Notes under the pieces: model-generated
Seen by the model: the letters and a program-made list of their open reading frames with translations, nothing else
Databases searched by the model: none
Told to the model about the DNA's origin: nothing
In this document: one piece after another, positions 15,466 through 20,000 of the stretch
Position numbering within the stretch: position 1 is the first letter of the stretch
How the letters are laid out: each line of letters begins with the position of its first letter
Assembly (NCBI GenBank): GCA_041690355.1
Contig: JAWLHK010000025.1
Coordinates: 53,888-73,887 of the forward strand
Length of the DNA stretch: 20,000 nucleotides
DNA from: a bacterium
GTDB lineage: Bacteria > J088 > JAWLBW01
Reading direction: 5' to 3'
Position numbers and translations under genes: made by a program

Positions 15466-16269
15466 ATGGTGGGAATTGCGCTCGCGGCGGTGCTCTCATT
15501 TTCGGTGGCGGGCGGGGCCACGAAGGAACGGATTCCGCTTGCGGCAGAAGACGGCACGACGCTTTCGGCGGTGGTCTACCGCAACGGCGGGGTGCCGCAT
15601 CGGCCGACCGTCGTGCTGGCGGCGCACGGCCCCGCGCAGGGGGAGTCGGGATACACCGACGAACTGGCGCTCGAGCTCTTCGTGCGCGGCTTCGACGTCG
15701 TCGTCTGGGATCGCCGCGGCACGGGCAAGAGCGGCGGTCTGTGGGATTACGGGCGCTCTGACGCCGGCGACCTTCGCGACGTGCTCCGGGAGGCGGTCGA
15801 GCGAACCGATCCGCCCAGGGTGGGCGTCATCGGGCTGGGGAGCGGGGCCGTGGCCGCGATTCGGGCGGTGCGCGACGTACCTGAGGTCGGCGTCGTCGTC
15901 GTTCACGGCGTCGGGCTGACGGGGCTGACCCCCATCGGACGCGGCTGGCTGGCGGGGATGAGTAATCCCGACAGCATGGTCGGCCGCTGGGTGCTTGCCT
16001 TCCGGGGAATCCGGGCGGATGCCGCCGCCTTTCCCCGGGTAGTCCCGAAGGTCGACCTGCGGGAGGCCATGCGGGGCTGGGGCCGGCGGCGCACGCTCGT
16101 CTCGGCGGGCGGACACGACGACCTCGTGCGTGTCGAGGAGGTGCGGGCCCTCTTCGATGCGGCCCCGGCGCCCAAGGAGTGGCTCATGGCCGACTCGATC
16201 GGCGGCGAACCCGACGTGCACCGGTGGGGCATGCCGGTCGAGGATTTTCTGCGGACGCACTTGCGATAG
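15466..16269 (+). CDS. Secreted alpha/beta-hydrolase-fold protein, probably non-canonical active site
   Basis: Signal-like N-terminus, LAAHG, GFDVVVWDRRGTGKSGG, VGVIGLGSGA, GGHDDLV and APAPKEW. Start chosen at ATG 15466 after a G-run. Confidence 0.8.
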   Translation: MVGIALAAVLSFSVAGGATKERIPLAAEDGTTLSAVVYRNGGVPHRPTVVLAAHGPAQGESGYTDELALELFVRGFDVVVWDRRGTGKSGGLWDYGRSDAGDLRDVLREAVERTDPPRVGVIGLGSGAVAAIRAVRDVPEVGVVVVHGVGLTGLTPIGRGWLAGMSNPDSMVGRWVLAFRGIRADAAAFPRVVPKVDLREAMRGWGRRRTLVSAGGHDDLVRVEEVRALFDAAPAPKEWLMADSIGGEPDVHRWGMPVEDFLRTHLR

Positions 16270-16272
16270 CGA

Positions 16273-16372
16273 GGACGTTGGGCGCTGGACGCTGGGCGCT
16301 GTGCGCTGGGACGATCCGTAACTCCTGACTCCTGACTCCGACTTTCGACTCTCGACTCTCGACTCTCGACTC
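16273..16372 (+). repeat. Two adjacent heptamer tracts (GGRCGCT)n and (GACTCYY)n
   Basis: 16273-16307 ggacgtt gggcgct ggacgct gggcgct gtgcgct; 16320-16372 aactcct gactcct gactcc gactttc gactctc x3 gactc. Confidence 0.85.
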
Positions 16373-16375
16373 GAG

Positions 16376-16434
16376 TTGACAACGGGTGGCTACCTGATAA
16401 CATGAACATGTTCAAAATAGAACGTGTTCAAAAT
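16376..16434 (+). promoter_or_regulatory. tetR promoter and tandem operators
   Basis: TTGACA (16376-81), 16 nt, TGaTAACAT. Perfect palindrome TGAACATGTTCA (16403-14) and a second copy AGAACGTGTTCA (16419-30). Confidence 0.75.
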
Positions 16435-17065
16435 GACGATTCGCGAGCAGAATAAGGCAGAGAAAAAGCGGCGCATCCTCGAGGCGGCCGAGCGGCTGTT
16501 CACGAGCCGGGGATTCGAGCAGACCACCGTGCGCGACATTGCCCGCGAGGCGGGGGTCGGCCTGGGCACCGTCTATGTCTACGCGCAGGACAAGCACGGC
16601 CTGCTCGACATGATGTCGCGTGACGACCTGGCCCGGGTCGAGCGCGAAGCCTTCGCCGACATTCCCCCCGGGCCGCTGCTCGACCGCATTCTGCACGTCT
16701 TCGACCACATCTATGCCCACCATGCCCGCAACAAGCCGCTGGCCTCGGTCATCGTGCGCGAGCTCAGCTTCGCGAAAGACCGGCATCAGGCCGAGCGGGC
16801 TGGGCGCTTCCAGCAGTTCATGGTGCGCCTGGGCGGCATACTCGCCGCCGAGCAGAAGGCCGGTCGGCTGAAGGCCGATGCCGAAATCATCGACACGGCG
16901 CTCCAGATATTCGCCCTCCACTTCTCGTACCTGATTTTCTGGCTGTCCGATCAGATGACGCTCGACGACGTCCGCCGCTTCTTCGGCCATGGGGTGGGCC
17001 TGATGCTTGACGGATTGCGACCCGCGCCTCTGCCCCATTCCACCCAAGGAGAACGCCATGACTGA
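16433..17065 (+). CDS. TetR/AcrR family transcriptional regulator
   Basis: RRILEAAERLFTSRGFEQTTVRDIAREAGVGLGTVYVY HTH. Start could be GTG 16424 or ATG 16433. Confidence 0.92.
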   Translation: MTIREQNKAEKKRRILEAAERLFTSRGFEQTTVRDIAREAGVGLGTVYVYAQDKHGLLDMMSRDDLARVEREAFADIPPGPLLDRILHVFDHIYAHHARNKPLASVIVRELSFAKDRHQAERAGRFQQFMVRLGGILAAEQKAGRLKADAEIIDTALQIFALHFSYLIFWLSDQMTLDDVRRFFGHGVGLMLDGLRPAPLPHSTQGERHD

Positions 17066-17948
17066 ACGTATCCTGATTGCCGGCGCCTCAGGGGCCCTGG
17101 GCCTCGAGGTCACCCGCCTGCTCGCCGACGCGGGCTATGCGCTGCGCACGGTTTCGCAGAGCCGGGGCGGCGCCGCCAAACTCGCCCCGTGGACGGCCGA
17201 CACCCGGGTCGTCGACGCCGTGGACGGCGACCTGAGCGGCCTCTGTAACGACGTCGACCTCGTCTTCTCGTGCCTTGGCGCCTCAGTTTCTCCCTCGGCG
17301 CCCGAGCGGCGATCCTATTTCGCCGTCGACACGCGGGCGAATCTGCGCCTGATCGAAGAGGCGAAACGGGCGGGGGTCCGCCGCTTCGTCTACGTTGCCG
17401 TCGCGGGGGGGCCCGGCTACGACCAGACCCGCTATGTGCGGGCCCACGAGGCGGTCGTCGACGCACTGAAGGTATCGGGCATGGAGTATTCGGTCGTCCG
17501 CCCGACCGGATTCTTTTCGGCCATGGAAGAATTCCTCGACATGGCCCGCCAGGGGATTATGCCGCTCTTCAACGGCGGGCACGCAAAGTCCAACCCGATC
17601 CACACGCTCGATCTGGCGGCGGTCTGCGTGCGCGCCCTCCGCGAGGCGCCTGGCGAGTATCCGGCCGGCGGCCCCGAGGTGTTCACGCGCCGCCAGATCG
17701 GCGAAGCGGCATTCCGCGCCGTTGGGCGCAAGCCGCGATTCGTCTGGGCGCCGGCCCGCGCCGTGCTGCTCCTCGTTCCCCTGATTCGCCTGTTCCACCC
17801 GCGCCTGGGGGAACTGATGGAGTTCGTGGCCCGCGTGAGCATCCACGACGCGACGGCCCCGGTCGCCGGCACGCGCACCCTGCAGGCGCATTTCGATGCG
17901 GTCGCGCGCGGGCGGTCATCGGACCTCGGACGCCGGACGCCGGTGTAG
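17058..17948 (+). CDS. NAD(P)H-binding (atypical SDR/NmrA-like) oxidoreductase
   Basis: MTERILIAGASGALG Rossmann motif, NLRLIEEAKRAGVRRFVYV, VVRPTGFF and NPIHTLDLA. AAGGAG RBS; overlaps the tetR stop. Confidence 0.9.
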   Translation: MTERILIAGASGALGLEVTRLLADAGYALRTVSQSRGGAAKLAPWTADTRVVDAVDGDLSGLCNDVDLVFSCLGASVSPSAPERRSYFAVDTRANLRLIEEAKRAGVRRFVYVAVAGGPGYDQTRYVRAHEAVVDALKVSGMEYSVVRPTGFFSAMEEFLDMARQGIMPLFNGGHAKSNPIHTLDLAAVCVRALREAPGEYPAGGPEVFTRRQIGEAAFRAVGRKPRFVWAPARAVLLLVPLIRLFHPRLGELMEFVARVSIHDATAPVAGTRTLQAHFDAVARGRSSDLGRRTPV

Positions 17949-18058
17949 CGGTCACCGGACCCCCATCCGCTTCGCTACGGGGGGCAATGCGTCGGACGCT
18001 GGACGCCGGACGCCGGACGCCGGTGTAGCGGTCATCGGACCTCGGACGCCGGACGTCG
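17912..18058 (+). repeat. Mosaic duplicated element built on (GGACGCC)n heptamers
   Basis: GCGGTCATCGGACCTCGGACGCCGGACG at 17912 and 18028; GGACGCCGGACGCCGGTGTAGCGGTCA at 17928 and 18008. Confidence 0.85.
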
Positions 18059-18072
18059 GTACTCATTCCGCC

Positions 18073-18116
18073 ACTGAAGACTGAAGACTGAAGACTTAAG
18101 ACCTAGACTGAAGACT
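18073..18116. repeat. (ACTGAAG)n heptamer tract, left flank of hicAB
   Basis: actgaag x3 acttaag acctag actgaag act, running into the hicB stop. Confidence 0.9.
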
Positions 18117-18550
18117 CACTGCCGTCTGGAGCGCCGGGGTGCGCGTTCGGCGACCAGGAATTGCGACTCTTCGTCCTGCCGGTACCTGAACTCGGACGGC
18201 TGCGTAGAGGCGCCTAGGCTATACGACAGGTACGTGTTGACCAGTGTGTTGAGCGACACGCTTTGCGCTTCTGCTTCTGCGGCGAGACGAGCGTGCAATG
18301 CCTTGGGAACGCGGACGCGAAACTGGCCGCTGTATCGAACTGCTTCCTTCGGTGCGGGAAGGGGCCGGCCTTCTGCCTGATAAGCCTCGATCAACAGACC
18401 CAGCGCAACGTCAAATTCCCGCAGGGCTTTGCGCCGGGTCTCGCCGAAGGCCGACAGCTCCGGAAACTCGTCGCAGAGCGCGAGAAAGCCGTCGTCATCC
18501 GCGCTCCAGACGACTCTGACGCTGTAATTCGCCAAATCACCCTGTTCCAT
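18116..18550 (-). CDS. hicB: HicB-family antitoxin (RNase H-like N-domain + ribbon-helix-helix)
   Basis: From ATG 18550: YSVRVVWSADDDGFLALCDEFPELSAFGET..AL...GRPLPAP...YSGQFRVRVPKALHARLAAEAEAQSVSLN, 144 aa. Overlaps hicA by 14 nt. Confidence 0.92.
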   Translation of the reverse strand: MEQGDLANYSVRVVWSADDDGFLALCDEFPELSAFGETRRKALREFDVALGLLIEAYQAEGRPLPAPKEAVRYSGQFRVRVPKALHARLAAEAEAQSVSLNTLVNTYLSYSLGASTQPSEFRYRQDEESQFLVAERAPRRSRRQ

Positions 18551-18785
18551 CTTGAACCTCGTCGATGGCCTGAAGCAGCTGGCCGACCTGATACGGCTTT
18601 GCCTTCCCCTGCGCATCCTGAAAAACGAGGAATCGCGGATACCCAGGGCGCTTGTAGATTCGATGACTCCCTCTCTGGCGATCCAGAAAGAAGCCGTGAC
18701 ATTCGGCGAGCCTGCACAGCTCCCGAAACCGGAGGCCGCGGGGTGAACTCTTCGCTTTCGCAAGCAGCTTGTCGCAGTCGCCCAC
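18537..18785 (-). CDS. hicA: HicA-family mRNA interferase toxin
   Basis: 82 aa with LRFRELCRLAECHGF.LDRQRGSHRIYK and GKAKPYQVGQLL. GSH catalytic motif; GTG start. Confidence 0.9.
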   Translation of the reverse strand: MGDCDKLLAKAKSSPRGLRFRELCRLAECHGFFLDRQRGSHRIYKRPGYPRFLVFQDAQGKAKPYQVGQLLQAIDEVQDGTG

Positions 18786-18790
18786 CGTAT

Positions 18791-18814
18791 ATTATGGTAC
18801 CACATGCGGTACCG
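18791..18814 (-). promoter_or_regulatory. hicAB -10 element and GGTACC operator pair
   Basis: CATAAT (minus, 18791-96) 5 nt before the GTG. GGTACC-ACATGC-GGTACC near-palindrome at 18796-18813. Confidence 0.6.
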
Positions 18815-18869
18815 CGTGTCGCGGCCTGTCGACGGCTGGAATTGACATTCCGGGCGCTCGGCTGGTCGG

Positions 18870-18920
18870 ACTGCGACTGCCGACTGAAGACTGAAGACTA
18901 AAGACTGAAGAATGACGACT
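18870..18920. repeat. (ACTGAAG)n heptamer tract, right flank of hicAB
   Basis: actgcg actgccg actgaag actgaag actaaag actgaag aatgacg act, running into the stop of the DsbA-family gene. Confidence 0.9.
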
Positions 18921-19513
18921 CAGATCGCCGACGTCCCCTTGCGAGCCAGGTGCCGGGCGAGCGCTTCCATGCGGTCGTGGCCCCAGAACATCTCGTCGCC
19001 GTCGAAAAAGGTCGGCGCCCCGAACACGCCCCGCTCCTGCGCCTTCGCCGTGTCGGTCTTCAGCCGCTCCTTGATGTCGGCCCGCTCGATTCCGGCGGCG
19101 AACGCCTCGGCATCCAGTCCGGCGGCGCCGGCGATTTCCACCACGACCGCCTTCTGGCCGATGGGACGGTTCTCGACCCATGTCGCACGGAACATCGCCT
19201 TGTGGTACTGCGCGAACCGCTCGGGCGCTTCCTGCTGCACCCAGAGGGCGCCGCGCAGGGCATACAAGCCGTTCACGGGAAATTCGTCGGGGAAGCGGAA
19301 GTCAATTCCCTCGTCCTCGGCGCAGCGGTGCATGTCGCGCATGATGTAGACCGCCTTGGCCTGCGTGTACGGAAGTCCGCTGGAGAATGCGTCGAGGCCG
19401 CGCAGGTACATCGGCCGATAGGTGATATTCACGCCGGCCAGCTTCCGGGGGATCAGCTCGTCGGCGAAATAGGACCAGGGGCTGGCGTAATCGTAGTGGA
19501 ATTCGATGGCCAT
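18920..19513 (-). CDS. 2-hydroxychromene-2-carboxylate isomerase / DsbA (GST-kappa-like) family protein
   Basis: MAIEFHYDYASPWSY...RGVFGAPTFF.GDEMFWGHDRM. GGAGG RBS upstream of ATG 19513. Confidence 0.9.
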   Translation of the reverse strand: MAIEFHYDYASPWSYFADELIPRKLAGVNITYRPMYLRGLDAFSSGLPYTQAKAVYIMRDMHRCAEDEGIDFRFPDEFPVNGLYALRGALWVQQEAPERFAQYHKAMFRATWVENRPIGQKAVVVEIAGAAGLDAEAFAAGIERADIKERLKTDTAKAQERGVFGAPTFFDGDEMFWGHDRMEALARHLARKGTSAI

Positions 19514-19635
19514 GGGTGAACCTCCGCGCACGAGGCGAAAAACAAAAGCCAGATAGGAATTGTAAAGGGCGCGGCGGGCGCACGTCCACGCCGATCTGGG
19601 ACAATGTCGGCAACCTTACCGCCCGAGGTGCGACC

Positions 19636-20000
19636 ATGGCCCCCAAGACCTCTGACCCGGCATCCGTTCTGCCTGACGCAGCCCTACGTCACAGCGGCTA
19701 TCTGTCGGCCCTGCAGACCGGGTTCCGCGAGGCGACGACGCGCGTCGAAGAGATGCACGCGGCCATCCGCAGGCAGACATTCGACCTGCTGCGCCTGCTG
19801 CCGCGTCCCCTACGCGCGCCGGTGGAACTCATCGAAGCGGCGCAGTCTGCCTATACGGCGGGGGTCTACGCTTCGGTCCGCGAAATCGGGGGCGCCGTGC
19901 TCGAAGCGGCCCAGTGGATCGAGCGCGCCGCTGCGAACGCCGATCGTCCCGATGCCGATCCGCTGCGCACGCTGAGCGGAATTGCGCGCGAGAGCAGCGG
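19636..20000 (+). CDS. Partial gene (3' truncated); N-terminus resembling PGAP1-like/lipase alpha/beta-hydrolase proteins
   Basis: GAGGTG RBS, ATG 19636, open to the window end (MAPKTSDP...TTRVEEMHAAIR...AGVYASVREIGG). Not in the ORF track because no stop falls within the window. Family assignment is from memory of the VE.MH.AI / GVY.SVR motifs. Confidence 0.6.
   Translation, partial: MAPKTSDPASVLPDAALRHSGYLSALQTGFREATTRVEEMHAAIRRQTFDLLRLLPRPLRAPVELIEAAQSAYTAGVYASVREIGGAVLEAAQWIERAAANADRPDADPLRTLSGIARESS

Noticed and set aside
18551-18805. 229-aa long form of HicB (ORF 18116..18805)
   Set aside because: The extension overlaps hicA in another frame; HicB similarity begins at ATG 18550.

Overview
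GC-rich bacterial window, possibly Myxococcota/deltaproteobacteria-like (not determinable from sequence alone). 1-6630: the 3' part of a type I-B 'Myxan/dev'-type CRISPR-Cas locus: cas8 C-terminus, cas7/devR, cas5/devS, cas4-cas1 fusion, cas2, a motif-rich leader, and an array of 34 x 36-bp repeats with 33 spacers followed by a decaying tail of degenerate repeats. 7017-12943: minus-strand housekeeping operon pfkA-mlaE-mlaF-mlaD-recG. 13147-20000: a lipoprotein with 7-aa C-terminal repeats, a phasin/lipid-droplet-like helical protein, an alpha/beta-hydrolase lacking the canonical nucleophile Ser, TetR plus an NAD(P)-binding oxidoreductase, a hicAB toxin-antitoxin pair, a DsbA/HCCA-isomerase family gene and a partial gene. 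The most striking unexplained structure is a set of about 9 different 7-bp tandem repeat tracts. Most units can be written GAC[G/T]NNN on one strand. They abut stop codons and promoters, form an inverted pair in one intergenic region, and bracket hicAB as direct repeats. All calls were made by eye, without database searches.
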